Source of the DNA: Candidatus Magasanikbacteria bacterium RIFOXYC2_FULL_42_28
Lineage (GTDB): Bacteria; Patescibacteriota; Patescibacteriia; Magasanikbacterales; GWA2-37-8
DNA length: 64,000 nt
Assembly: GCA_001784435.1 (NCBI GenBank)
Contig: MFQZ01000008.1
Span: 23,347 to 87,346, forward strand
Direction: 5' to 3'
The notes beneath the pieces are model-generated. The model saw nothing but the letters and a program-made list of their open reading frames with translations. It was not told where the DNA came from and did no database searches. A program made the translations under genes and the position numbers. Of this stretch, positions 52,219-61,268 are shown one piece after another; positions within the stretch are counted from its first letter, which is position 1; the number at the start of each line of letters is the position of its first letter.

Positions 52219-52284
52219 ACCCGAACTAATATCCGCCAGAGGCGGACCAGCCTGTGGCTGGAACTAATCCATAATATAAACTCT

Positions 52285-53346
52285 ATGCCCAAAGTAAGCG
52301 AAGAAGTAAAAAACAAATTAAAAGCCGCCGAAGCCGCCATTGAACAAATTAAGGCCAAATTTGGCGAAGGTGCCATTATGACCTTTGGCGATAGTAAAGC
52401 GATGGATATAGACACGGTTTCTACCGGTTGTTTATCAGTTGACCTAGCACTTGGCGTTGGCGGTGCGCCCCGTGGTCGTATTATGGAGGTTTATGGACCA
52501 GAAAGTTCTGGTAAAACAACATTAGCGCTCCATACTATCTCCGAAGTCCAAAAATTAGGTGGGATTGCGGCGTTTGTGGACGCTGAACACGCTTTTGATC
52601 CGGACTATGCTCGCAAAATCGGTTTAAAAGTGGAAGAACTTTTAATGTCCCAACCCGACACTGGCGAACAGGCCTTGGATATCGTGGAAACACTGGTGCG
52701 CTCTAACGCCGTGGATATTATTGTCGTGGACTCGGTGGCCGCGCTCGTGCCCAGAGCTGAAATCGAAGGCGACATGGGCGACAGTCATATGGGTTTGCAA
52801 GCACGTTTAATGAGCCAAGCCCTACGCAAATTAACCGGCATTATTTCCAAATCAAAAACCATTTTGGTTTTCATTAACCAAACCCGCATGAAAATCGGCA
52901 TTGTCTATGGCAACCCCGAAACCACTACCGGTGGCACGGCTTTGAAATTTTATTCAAGTATCAGAATCGAAGTTCGTCGCGCCGCCCAAATTAAACAAGG
53001 TGACAAAGTTATTGGCAATCGCGTCAAAGTCAAAGTTGTCAAAAACAAAGTCGCCGCCCCGTTCCGCACCACGGAATTTGATATTATGTATAACGAAGGC
53101 ATTTCCATTTCCGGCGATGTACTAGACACCGGCGCAATCTATCAAGTAATTTCCAAACGTGGCAACACCTATGCCTATGGCGAAGAAAAATTAGGCGTCG
53201 GAAGAGAAGCAGCCAAAAAATTCTTAAAAGATAACCCCAAATTATTAAAAGAAATTTCAACCAAAGTAAAAGAGGTAGTCGCGCGTGGCGAAGCGCCGGA
53301 AGAAGAAGCCCCGATTGAGGAAGCGCCGTTGCCGGAGGAGGAATAG
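52285..53346 (+). CDS. recA: Recombinase A
   Basis: [36 protein letters not shown]. Confidence 0.98.
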   Translation: MPKVSEEVKNKLKAAEAAIEQIKAKFGEGAIMTFGDSKAMDIDTVSTGCLSVDLALGVGGAPRGRIMEVYGPESSGKTTLALHTISEVQKLGGIAAFVDAEHAFDPDYARKIGLKVEELLMSQPDTGEQALDIVETLVRSNAVDIIVVDSVAALVPRAEIEGDMGDSHMGLQARLMSQALRKLTGIISKSKTILVFINQTRMKIGIVYGNPETTTGGTALKFYSSIRIEVRRAAQIKQGDKVIGNRVKVKVVKNKVAAPFRTTEFDIMYNEGISISGDVLDTGAIYQVISKRGNTYAYGEEKLGVGREAAKKFLKDNPKLLKEISTKVKEVVARGEAPEEEAPIEEAPLPEEE

Positions 53347-53477
53347 CGCTTCGCCTGCGGCTACGCACTATAAATTAGCGCTTAATACAGTATTGCCAGT
53401 TTACAGGGCGTAGTCCGCCCAAGGCGGACGAAGCCCTGAGGAATCCCTTTACGAAAATTCACATCCATAACCAACAC

Positions 53478-53508
53478 AAAAAACCGTCACAATCGTGGCG
53501 GTTTTTTT
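53478..53508. terminator. Bidirectional terminator AAAAAACCGTCACAATCGTGGCGGTTTTT (copy 1 of 4)
   Basis: Near-identical copies at 54685-54713, 57212-57240 and 58945-58975. Confidence 0.8.
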
Positions 53509-53530
53509 GTATAAAAATTGCGCGCCACAA

Positions 53531-54586
53531 CTAACCAACCACATAAGAAGTCGACTTGCCCTTGCCGGTCGCCTTAATCATTTTAAGTTTTTTTAATTTT
53601 TGCAATTGCAACTGCGCTGATCGACGCGGACAAGATAAAATATCTTCCGCATCGGCAACGGTAATCCGGCCGACCTGATCCAAGAAATCAATAATTTTTA
53701 ACTGTTCCGGCGAAAGATAAATTTGTGATTTTATTTTACCAGCAACATTACGAGCGGACAATGGCAACACCTTACTCTTCACCTCATCAATTTCCGCTTT
53801 AAATCCTTTTACAAAATATTCCAACCAAGAAGTGAGGTCAGTACGCCTGGCTTCATAAGTTTTACCTAAATTAATCGCTTTATAATATGACGATCGGTCG
53901 GTATTATAATAATCCTCCAAGGCAAACAATCGCCGAAAGTCATACCCGCGCTGATAAAGTATTAAGGTCGCCAAAGCGCGCGCGGTACGCCCATTACCAT
54001 CGTTAAATGGATGAATAGCGGCAAGCTCCATATGAGCAACGGCCGCCACAATCACCGGGCTTATTTCCTTCTCCTCACTGTCTTTAATCCAAGTAACAAA
54101 TTCTGCCATAAGTTGCGGTACTCGCTTTGCCTCCGGCCCGGTATATAAAATTTCTTGTGGCATGCCCAAACGCCGACGCACCACATAAATCGGGCCGGGA
54201 CGATAATGGCCGGAAAACTGTGAATTTAATGTTTTATCAGTCACTAATTTATGCATTTTTAAAATCACTTTTTCCGTTATTAGCTGTTTTTCGGCCACTA
54301 TTTTTTCAATAAATTTCAAAACATTTAAATAATTTTTTACTTCATAAATATCTCGATCCGGCGCGTCAATTTTCTTGTTAGCATAAAGCGCCTCCACCTG
54401 CACCATATTCAGTTGGTTCCCTTCAATTTCAGTGGAATGATGGGTCATACGGATAATCGCTTGCCGGCGTAATTTTATTTCTTGTTGCGGTAAAATTTTA
54501 GCACGATCAATAATGCCTTTGGCTTCGGCGATAGCAGTAAGGTCGCTCAAAATCTTGTCGGTATATTTAAATATTGGAGTAAACAT
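53531..54586 (-). CDS. Fic-domain protein with C-terminal wHTH
   Basis: STEIEGN, HPFNDGNGRTAR, C-terminal HTH. Confidence 0.9.
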   Translation of the reverse strand: MFTPIFKYTDKILSDLTAIAEAKGIIDRAKILPQQEIKLRRQAIIRMTHHSTEIEGNQLNMVQVEALYANKKIDAPDRDIYEVKNYLNVLKFIEKIVAEKQLITEKVILKMHKLVTDKTLNSQFSGHYRPGPIYVVRRRLGMPQEILYTGPEAKRVPQLMAEFVTWIKDSEEKEISPVIVAAVAHMELAAIHPFNDGNGRTARALATLILYQRGYDFRRLFALEDYYNTDRSSYYKAINLGKTYEARRTDLTSWLEYFVKGFKAEIDEVKSKVLPLSARNVAGKIKSQIYLSPEQLKIIDFLDQVGRITVADAEDILSCPRRSAQLQLQKLKKLKMIKATGKGKSTSYVVG

Positions 54587-54743
54587 ATGATTTGTATTAT
54601 TTTATAACTACACCAGTATTATAGCATAAAATTACGATTCGCGCAAGATTCGCGCAACAATCGCGCAAAACTTTATGAAGTTTTAAAAAACCGTCACAAT
54701 CGTGACGGTTTTTAATAACAAACCAATAATCTCTATACTGAAT

Positions 54744-55037
54744 TTATCGCCAAAGATAATTGGCGATACCATTTTCTTCATCCTCTCTCTTCTTGTTATA
54801 TTCAGCAAAATGAATATTTTTCTTTAACTCATCTTGCCAATCCTCTGGTAATTGATCCCAATTATCAAGAAGGTGGCCGGCGGCGTCCCATTCTACGATA
54901 GTGTTATTTCCGCCTTCCACAAAAAATAATCCAGCCACTTGGCCAGCCCAGTCCTTCAATGCTCCACTTAATGGTGGATAATTTTTTTCTTTCTCCACCG
55001 ACGGTTGTGCTACCCCTGGTTGCGGTCGTTTATCCAT
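54744..55037 (-). CDS. Hypothetical protein
   Basis: 97-aa ORF with AT-rich leader and downstream terminator. Confidence 0.5.
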   Translation of the reverse strand: MDKRPQPGVAQPSVEKEKNYPPLSGALKDWAGQVAGLFFVEGGNNTIVEWDAAGHLLDNWDQLPEDWQDELKKNIHFAEYNKKREDEENGIANYLWR

Positions 55038-55085
55038 ATTTTTTATATTAAAAATAAAATTGCTTTTGATTAATACTATTATTCT

Positions 55086-55652
55086 TTATTTAGGCTCAGT
55101 AGCCAACAGCAGATTTTCCATATAGAACCCGCCTGGCCAATGAGTACTTTCACCATCATCGTCAACGGGAATTATTTTTGTCTCTTCAATCTGATTTTTT
55201 AATCTATTGTGAGGCAATGCTGATGTTGAAACAACGAATACTATATCTTCTGCCTTATTTTTACCTCTTCTCACCCGACCGTACGCATCGCGGGCCATTG
55301 GCTCTGATCTAGTTACGACAACACATGGTGTCTCACCCTCCATGAGCTCGCTATTTAAAAATGCTTGACCAACGGGAGAAAGGGAAACTTCTGGGTAAAC
55401 CATTATTTTTGTTCCCTGCCCCCTCCATTCGGCAATTTGCTTGGCTAATGCCAACCGGCCTGACCCATCGCCGTGTATCTGGAGCACCTTCCAACCACTG
55501 GGAAGTTCGTCAAAATTCAATTCTGGAGCTTGTTCTTGTCCCTCTTTTAATAAATAAGCCTGAAAATTTTCAGCTGTATTATCTATTAAAGTATCCAAAC
55601 TCAGAATTTCCGGCTGTGGTTCGCCACGTATTTTCCCTTCGCTTATTGTCAT
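55086..55652 (-). CDS. Hypothetical protein
   Basis: 188-aa ORF directly downstream of the duplicated promoter. Confidence 0.55.
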   Translation of the reverse strand: MTISEGKIRGEPQPEILSLDTLIDNTAENFQAYLLKEGQEQAPELNFDELPSGWKVLQIHGDGSGRLALAKQIAEWRGQGTKIMVYPEVSLSPVGQAFLNSELMEGETPCVVVTRSEPMARDAYGRVRRGKNKAEDIVFVVSTSALPHNRLKNQIEETKIIPVDDDGESTHWPGGFYMENLLLATEPK

Positions 55653-55734
55653 ATATTTTTTAAATTAAAAATAAATTTTTCCCTATTAAGTATACCCCCC
55701 CCCCAACCGCTTTTGGCAAATTAGTTATCCACAG
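55653..55734 (-). promoter_or_regulatory. Duplicated promoter module with G10 spacer tract and DnaA box (copy 1)
   Basis: TGTGGATAA..TTGCCA-AAAGCGGTT-G10-TATACT; near-identical to 57723-57805. Confidence 0.75.
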
Positions 55735-55809
55735 ATCGCCACCCTTTGGGCTATGACCTTTTTGCAAGGCAGGGCAACCAAAGAGTGAAAAAAATATAAA
55801 AACAGCCGT

Positions 55810-56523
55810 TTAATTTAACACCGATAGATAATTTTTTAACAAAAACACGACCTCCGCGCGCAAATGATTTTTAACCCACGCTTTTTCTTTTTCACTTGGT
55901 AAAAGCTCGGCCAATCCGTGTAAAATTTCATTGTCTTTGACGGCCGCAATTACCGCGATACAATCAGCCAAATGTTCTTTGACGGTTTTGTCGGTTCTGG
56001 CTCGAAGCACATCGGTATTAATATCCCAATTATTTTTAGCAAAAAACCAAATATCGTAAATATCGCGCACTGCCAATGTTTTTCTATCAGTCAAAGCCGC
56101 CAGTTTACTCGCAAATAGATAATCTTGCTTGCCAACCAGCATCGAAATTCCCAAATAATCTTTCAATTCGTAATGTTCTTTAATATTAGGCATTAAAATT
56201 CTAACATTCACTTCAATTTTGACATTGTGGTCAGTGTCGCCATAAGAAAGTAGAAAAAAAACAGTATTTCGTTTGATATAACTATCCTTGACCTCCCCAT
56301 ATTTTCTAAGCATACCGCCAATTTTTTCCGATACCAATTTTTGCGTGGGCTCATCAGTAATAAATAAATCAAAATCCAAATCCACCGAAAATCTGCCCAG
56401 GGCATAAAAAAAATATATACAGGTTCCACCTTTAAATCCGATGAGCGATGAAATGGAAGTGTCGGAATAAATATCACGCAGAATCTGTCCCATGATAAGT
56501 TGATGTTTTTCTTTATTGAGCAT
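55810..56523 (-). CDS. AbiEii-type nucleotidyltransferase toxin (type IV TA)
   Basis: FKGGT..RFSVDLDF, KLAAL, RDIYD. Confidence 0.9.
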   Translation of the reverse strand: MLNKEKHQLIMGQILRDIYSDTSISSLIGFKGGTCIYFFYALGRFSVDLDFDLFITDEPTQKLVSEKIGGMLRKYGEVKDSYIKRNTVFFLLSYGDTDHNVKIEVNVRILMPNIKEHYELKDYLGISMLVGKQDYLFASKLAALTDRKTLAVRDIYDIWFFAKNNWDINTDVLRARTDKTVKEHLADCIAVIAAVKDNEILHGLAELLPSEKEKAWVKNHLRAEVVFLLKNYLSVLN

Positions 56524-57088
56524 ATTTTTGGTAGGTATTTAATCGCTTTATTAATTGCTTATTATCATAAATTTTTACCAATTCAAAACACTGCTCCCAA
56601 TTAATGGATCGTAAATTATCAAAATAAAATTTGGGTGATAAATAAATCGTATCAAGAAACGCTCGTTCTGGCGTGGCGATACAACAATTTTTTTCGTTTC
56701 TAACACCAAGCGCGTTATAAAGCACGCTATTTTTTAATTTTCTATATACAATTTTATTATCATCAATTTCTTTTTTCATTGGATAAGGCCCAGCGACAAA
56801 AATTGAATCATATTGCTGAAAAATAATCCCGGCCTCGCGCAAAACTGTTTCAAAACTTACATAGGACGGGGTATAAATACTGGTCGCTAATTCTTTAACA
56901 TCATATTCCTTGTTCTTGGCAAAAACTCCACGAGTTAAACGAATTAACGACCCCTGATTGGTATAATATTTAAGCTTGGAAAATAAATTCACATTATTGG
57001 TTTCCTCCCAAATCAAAGCAACATCCTTGACGGTAAGGATTGTTTTGGGGGATTCATATAATTTGGCGATTAGGTTGTCGGTGGCCAT
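56513..57088 (-). CDS. AbiEi-type antitoxin
   Basis: LIRLTRGVF, PSYVSFETVL, ATPERAFLD. Confidence 0.88.
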   Translation of the reverse strand: MATDNLIAKLYESPKTILTVKDVALIWEETNNVNLFSKLKYYTNQGSLIRLTRGVFAKNKEYDVKELATSIYTPSYVSFETVLREAGIIFQQYDSIFVAGPYPMKKEIDDNKIVYRKLKNSVLYNALGVRNEKNCCIATPERAFLDTIYLSPKFYFDNLRSINWEQCFELVKIYDNKQLIKRLNTYQKYAQ

Positions 57089-57102
57089 ATTACAATATAT
57101 TT

Positions 57103-57133
57103 AATGGAAAGGTGATATTCTCACCTTTCCATT
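57103..57133. promoter_or_regulatory. Inverted-repeat operator upstream of abiEi
   Basis: AATGGAAAGGTGA-TATTC-TCACCTTTCCATT (13-bp perfect arms). Confidence 0.65.
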
Positions 57134-57269
57134 GTATATTATTTAGACAACTCTGCCAAGTGGACTGGTGGGGATAAGTTAAGTATGTTAACAATTAGTG
57201 CTAAATTAAGCAAAAAACCGTCACAATCGTGGCGGTTTTTAAAAAATTACACTATAATTAATATGTTAG

Positions 57270-57722
57270 TCAATTTACAATTCTGTAACCTTGTTCAATA
57301 AGTATCTCATTAACAGCGCGAAGTAGTGTGCCCGCTGATGCCTGCTCTTCGTGAATCAGAGTTGTTTTAACTTCAAGAGTGCCAGATTCTTCGGTATCAT
57401 CCTTAGCAACTTCAATTTCTACTGATTGTCCGTGATACAAACCAAGCCCATTAAAATCAATTTGGAATTTTTTTGAATTTACAACAGTGTAAGAAAATCC
57501 TTGACTTCTGCCTTCACTGTCTACCGATTTTCCTTCTTCATACGGCCGATCTGGAGCAAGCGCTTCATTTTCGTATTTATGAACCAATTGTAGTAAATCT
57601 GCTTTATGTTGTGAAAGCGTATCAACTATTTCGCGTGTTTGATGGTCTAACTCCGGAAGTTTTTTGTCTTTTGAGACAGAGGAATGCCCAAAGTCTACTT
57701 CCCGATTATGCTGTATGTCCAT
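57270..57722 (-). CDS. Hypothetical protein
   Basis: 150-aa ORF between promoter copy 2 and terminator copy 3. Confidence 0.55.
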   Translation of the reverse strand: MDIQHNREVDFGHSSVSKDKKLPELDHQTREIVDTLSQHKADLLQLVHKYENEALAPDRPYEEGKSVDSEGRSQGFSYTVVNSKKFQIDFNGLGLYHGQSVEIEVAKDDTEESGTLEVKTTLIHEEQASAGTLLRAVNEILIEQGYRIVN

Positions 57723-57805
57723 AATATTTTTAAATTAAAAATAAATTTTTCCCTATTAAGTATACCCCCCCCCCCAGCCACTTTTGGCAAATTAGTTATC
57801 CACAG
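57723..57805 (-). promoter_or_regulatory. Duplicated promoter module with G11 spacer tract and DnaA box (copy 2)
   Basis: TGTGGATAA..TTGCCA-AAAGTGGCT-G11-TATACT. Confidence 0.75.
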
Positions 57806-57908
57806 GGCTACACCCCGTAAACTACAAAAGCAGTAAAATTCTGGGACAAGAAAATATTTAAAAATAGTCCCAATTTAGTCGGGACTATTTTTTTGTTTAT
57901 TTTTCTCA

Positions 57909-57983
57909 CTATCGTTTTTTATAAATATTATGCGAGCCGGTATCAAGCAGATTCACAACATCGGGAGCGGAGAACTCAATTAT
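57909..57983 (-). pseudogene. C-terminal remnant of a RelE/YafQ-like toxin
   Basis: IIEFSAPDVVNLLDTGSHNIYKKR* without a start codon, overlapping the upstream stop. Confidence 0.5.
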
Positions 57984-58222
57984 GCCCGCAAGGCAGATAT
58001 CAAACTGCGTGCGGTTTTGTGAGAAGTGTAATCGCCCAGCGCGTAGTCAAGCCGCGCTGACCCGATAATTTCGTCTAGTGTTTTGGCATCATTCACCCGC
58101 ACAATATCATCCGTGGCGATTTCCACCACGATTTTTTTCTCACGTGGATAACGAGAAAGATAGCGCAAAGCCGACAAAGGTAATTTGACCATTGCCTCTT
58201 TGGTTTTTTGAATAGTGGCCAT
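57980..58222 (-). CDS. Putative type II antitoxin (orphaned)
   Basis: 80 aa ending ARLDYALGDYTSHKTARSLISALRA, a RelB/DinJ-partner-like C-terminus. Confidence 0.5.
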   Translation of the reverse strand: MATIQKTKEAMVKLPLSALRYLSRYPREKKIVVEIATDDIVRVNDAKTLDEIIGSARLDYALGDYTSHKTARSLISALRA

Positions 58223-58366
58223 ATAATTTGGATTAAGTAATTTATGATTAAAGATTATCATATTATTACAAAAAAACAAGGGAACGCACCACCATTTTAC
58301 ATCGTCATCTTTCTATTGTATAATTCATATGCTTCATCGTGGCTAAACTAATTTACACAAAACAAT

Positions 58367-58594
58367 ATGATGAACTTTGGATTTTGGCCTTTTGCCTCTT
58401 TCGGCTGGATTTTTATGATGCTCTGGTGGGTTTTGATTATCGCGGGAGTAATAGCTTTAATAAGATGGTTTGCTAACCAATCCGGCAACTCTCGTCCTAA
58501 CGAAAAATCAGCGTTAGAAATTTTACGCGAACGCTATGCCAAAGGCGAAATTGAAAAAAAAGAATTTGAAGAAAAAAAGAAAGATTTAATTTAA
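58367..58594 (+). CDS. SHOCT-domain membrane protein
   Basis: ALEILRERYAKGEIEKKEFEE. Confidence 0.85.
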   Translation: MMNFGFWPFASFGWIFMMLWWVLIIAGVIALIRWFANQSGNSRPNEKSALEILRERYAKGEIEKKEFEEKKKDLI

Positions 58595-58597
58595 AAT

Positions 58598-58924
58598 ATG
58601 AAACTTGGAATAATTTTACAATCCAATAAACCAGAACATGTTTGGAATACTTTCCGTTTAGGCATTGCCTCGCTTAAAGAAGGCCACGTCGTCCAGATCA
58701 ATCTTATGAGCGAAGGGGTGGAAGCGGAAGACCTGCCCGATACCGAACATTTTGATATTTCTCAAAAAATTCAGGAATTCAAAATCCTAAAAGGCGAACT
58801 ACTGGCCTGTGGCACTTGCTTGAAAATTCGATCCAAATCAGAAAGCAAAGTTTGTCCGACTTCCACGATGCAAAATTTGGCAAAGATGGTGGCGGAATAT
58901 GATAAAGTGTTGGTGTTCGGGTAA
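58598..58924 (+). CDS. DsrE/DsrF-like protein
   Basis: INLMSEGVE, LACGTCLKIR, CPTSTM, DKVLVF. Confidence 0.85.
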   Translation: MKLGIILQSNKPEHVWNTFRLGIASLKEGHVVQINLMSEGVEAEDLPDTEHFDISQKIQEFKILKGELLACGTCLKIRSKSESKVCPTSTMQNLAKMVAEYDKVLVFG

Positions 58925-58993
58925 AATAACTAAAAATGATCGTCAAAAAACCGTCACAAAATCGCGACGGTTTTTATTTTACACAAACTATCC

Positions 58994-59251
58994 CTATTTC
59001 TTAATACTCACATTATGCATCCAAGCAACATACGCCCCGGCCACACCCGACCAAACAGCGACAGTCAACGCCCCAAAAAACCAACTGCCAAAATTTACGC
59101 CGGTGAACCCCGGGAACAACGCAAACAAAGAGGCATGCAATTCGGCTGCCGCGCCACTTAAAAATTTTCCATATACCATACAAACGGTATAGGCGATTTC
59201 GCCACCAAACAAACACAGCGACGCATATTTTTTGATAGAAAGTTCGTGCAT
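58994..59251 (-). CDS. Small membrane protein (DUF5676-like)
   Basis: YTVC..LH..LFPGF pattern, two TMs; SD-like AGGGGGGTGG. Confidence 0.6.
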   Translation of the reverse strand: MHELSIKKYASLCLFGGEIAYTVCMVYGKFLSGAAAELHASLFALFPGFTGVNFGSWFFGALTVAVWSGVAGAYVAWMHNVSIKK

Positions 59252-59372
59252 ATTTCCACCCCCCTTCTAATTAAAATTTATCTTATATTTTTTACCTTGT
59301 AATAATAACGTGTTCAATGCTACACCAATTATTCACCTACTACCGGTAGTATACCCCCATATTTAATCAATG

Positions 59373-59954
59373 TTAAGTACTGGTTTTATGATTGTTGGGC
59401 TGGACAATTTCGCAAACCGCGCCCGAGTTAATTTTTTGCGCGACAATGTAAATGGAAAAAAATAAACTAATAACCGCGAATAAACCAAACTCGCTCCCCC
59501 GCAACGGCAACGCGCCTAACATATTCGTGGCAATGGAGAATCCAAAGACGGAAGACAATATCACTGAACCACAAGAAGCGCAACCGACACCGAGTAGCCC
59601 TGCCAACATCCCGGCCACGCTCACACCCGCCGCTTTTTGCCACACCGCGCGTTGTTTAAAATAATAAATCAAAAGCGCGCCGTTCAAACCCACAAGCAAC
59701 GCCGTCAAAAATGTCAGTATCAAGGTGGCGGGCCCGAAAGTGGTCAGAAATAGAGTGGTGGCACTACCTAAAATAGAAACACGGTCGCGCCACGAGAACG
59801 CGTCCGAGTGATAAACAAATAAAATCAACGAATAACTGGCCAACCACATTTCCAACAAGGCAAAAATAAGCGCGCTACCAAAAACCGCCCAACGATATTT
59901 GGCCGATGATAGGACAACGCGACAAACACCAATAACATTGGATATTTTCCCCAT
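59373..59954 (-). CDS. Membrane protein with GxGCxxCG motif
   Basis: Multiple TMs; GLLGVGCASCG. Confidence 0.7.
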   Translation of the reverse strand: MGKISNVIGVCRVVLSSAKYRWAVFGSALIFALLEMWLASYSLILFVYHSDAFSWRDRVSILGSATTLFLTTFGPATLILTFLTALLVGLNGALLIYYFKQRAVWQKAAGVSVAGMLAGLLGVGCASCGSVILSSVFGFSIATNMLGALPLRGSEFGLFAVISLFFSIYIVAQKINSGAVCEIVQPNNHKTST

Positions 59955-60032
59955 AATCAAATTATTTTTCCGGCCATTAAACAAACCCGGGTGGCACTGC
60001 GTTACGCGATGCCACCCGCGCCACACCATATT

Positions 60033-60797
60033 TTAACGAAGCGCCGCGTCAATCGCCGTTTTAATCTGTTCAAACGGCAACGCACCGGGAATAAGCTGTG
60101 CTTGACCGTCTTTACCAATAATGAATGTCCCCGGGGTGCCACTCACGCCCGCGGCCGAACCGGAATTTGTTTCATCTTGAATATGTTGTGCGTATTTACC
60201 GCTATCAAGACAAGTTTTAAACTTACTTTCATTAAGGCCGAGCTCTTTGGCCAAAGAAACGAGCGCGTCAAGCGCGAATCCGGTACCGTTAGAAGTGGTG
60301 CGTTCAAACAACGCATCCAGATATTTCCAAAAAGCGTCATTACCGCCTAACTCATTGGCACATTCCGTGGCTTCGGCTTCTTTTTGAGCGTTAGCATGAA
60401 ATGATAATGGGTAATGGCGATAGACCCACTTTACTTTTCCTTTAAATTCATTCATTACCTGTAACATGGTCGGGTGGAAACGTTTGCAATATGGACATTC
60501 AATATCCGAATATTCAACCAATGTTACCGACCCACTACCGCGCACATGATCGGCTTTCGTGAGTGGCGGAACCGAACCGCTCGGCACGGGCGCGGCCGGT
60601 TGGTTGGGCGCGCTCGGTGCTTGCGCCCCGGCGACAGGAATAGAGTTGCCAACTCCAACAATATTTTTGCTGTTGCCATTTCGCCAATACAGACCAAGCA
60701 AAACTACAAAACCAATAGTGCACAATACCATCACCCCACCAATCAACCCGACAATCAAGGCGCTTTTGGGAGAAAGTTTGTTGAAAAAATCATTCAT
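60033..60797 (-). CDS. DsbA-family thiol-disulfide oxidoreductase
   Basis: EYSDIECPYC, RHYPL, GVSGTP; start taken at MNDFFN. Confidence 0.9.
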   Translation of the reverse strand: MNDFFNKLSPKSALIVGLIGGVMVLCTIGFVVLLGLYWRNGNSKNIVGVGNSIPVAGAQAPSAPNQPAAPVPSGSVPPLTKADHVRGSGSVTLVEYSDIECPYCKRFHPTMLQVMNEFKGKVKWVYRHYPLSFHANAQKEAEATECANELGGNDAFWKYLDALFERTTSNGTGFALDALVSLAKELGLNESKFKTCLDSGKYAQHIQDETNSGSAAGVSGTPGTFIIGKDGQAQLIPGALPFEQIKTAIDAALR

Positions 60798-60875
60798 ACT
60801 ATAATAATTTTTAATTATTAATATCAAACACGGTGTTTTTAAAAAATCAAAACACCAACACAACCGGTTAACCGC

Positions 60876-61259
60876 CTAAAAAACTTTACCGTGAAGCACG
60901 CCGCCGCTAAATAAAAGAATAAAATAATTCCATATTTCCGCGTTTCCATAACATCGCCGCAACCATAACCAACACCATTTGGGCACGACAATTATCACAG
61001 ACATTGCCGCCAGCGCCATTGCCAAAGAAATCGGTGCGGTCAAATCAAAAATTGCGGAACGAATAAAAGCAACAACCGTGGCGCTGTGAGAGGCGGGATG
61101 AATTTGTTTATCCAAGATATCACAACAAGTAACACCGGGTATGCTAATAATTTGATCCGACACCACAGCCGCAGACGCGCTATGGCAAGAAAATAACGCC
61201 GCACTAATAATTAGCGCTACGAAAAATTTAATTATTGTCGGATTTTTGGACATTGCCAT
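60876..61259 (-). CDS. Hypothetical exported/membrane protein
   Basis: Signal-like N-terminus, TCC/His motifs, C-terminal FSGGVLHGKVF. Confidence 0.5.
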   Translation of the reverse strand: MAMSKNPTIIKFFVALIISAALFSCHSASAAVVSDQIISIPGVTCCDILDKQIHPASHSATVVAFIRSAIFDLTAPISLAMALAAMSVIIVVPKWCWLWLRRCYGNAEIWNYFILLFSGGVLHGKVF

Positions 61260-61268
61260 AAATTAAAT

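Noticed and set aside
52221-52236. LexA box upstream of recA
   Set aside because: Only a half match (CGAAC..ATCCG), and it is better explained by the mini-element junction.
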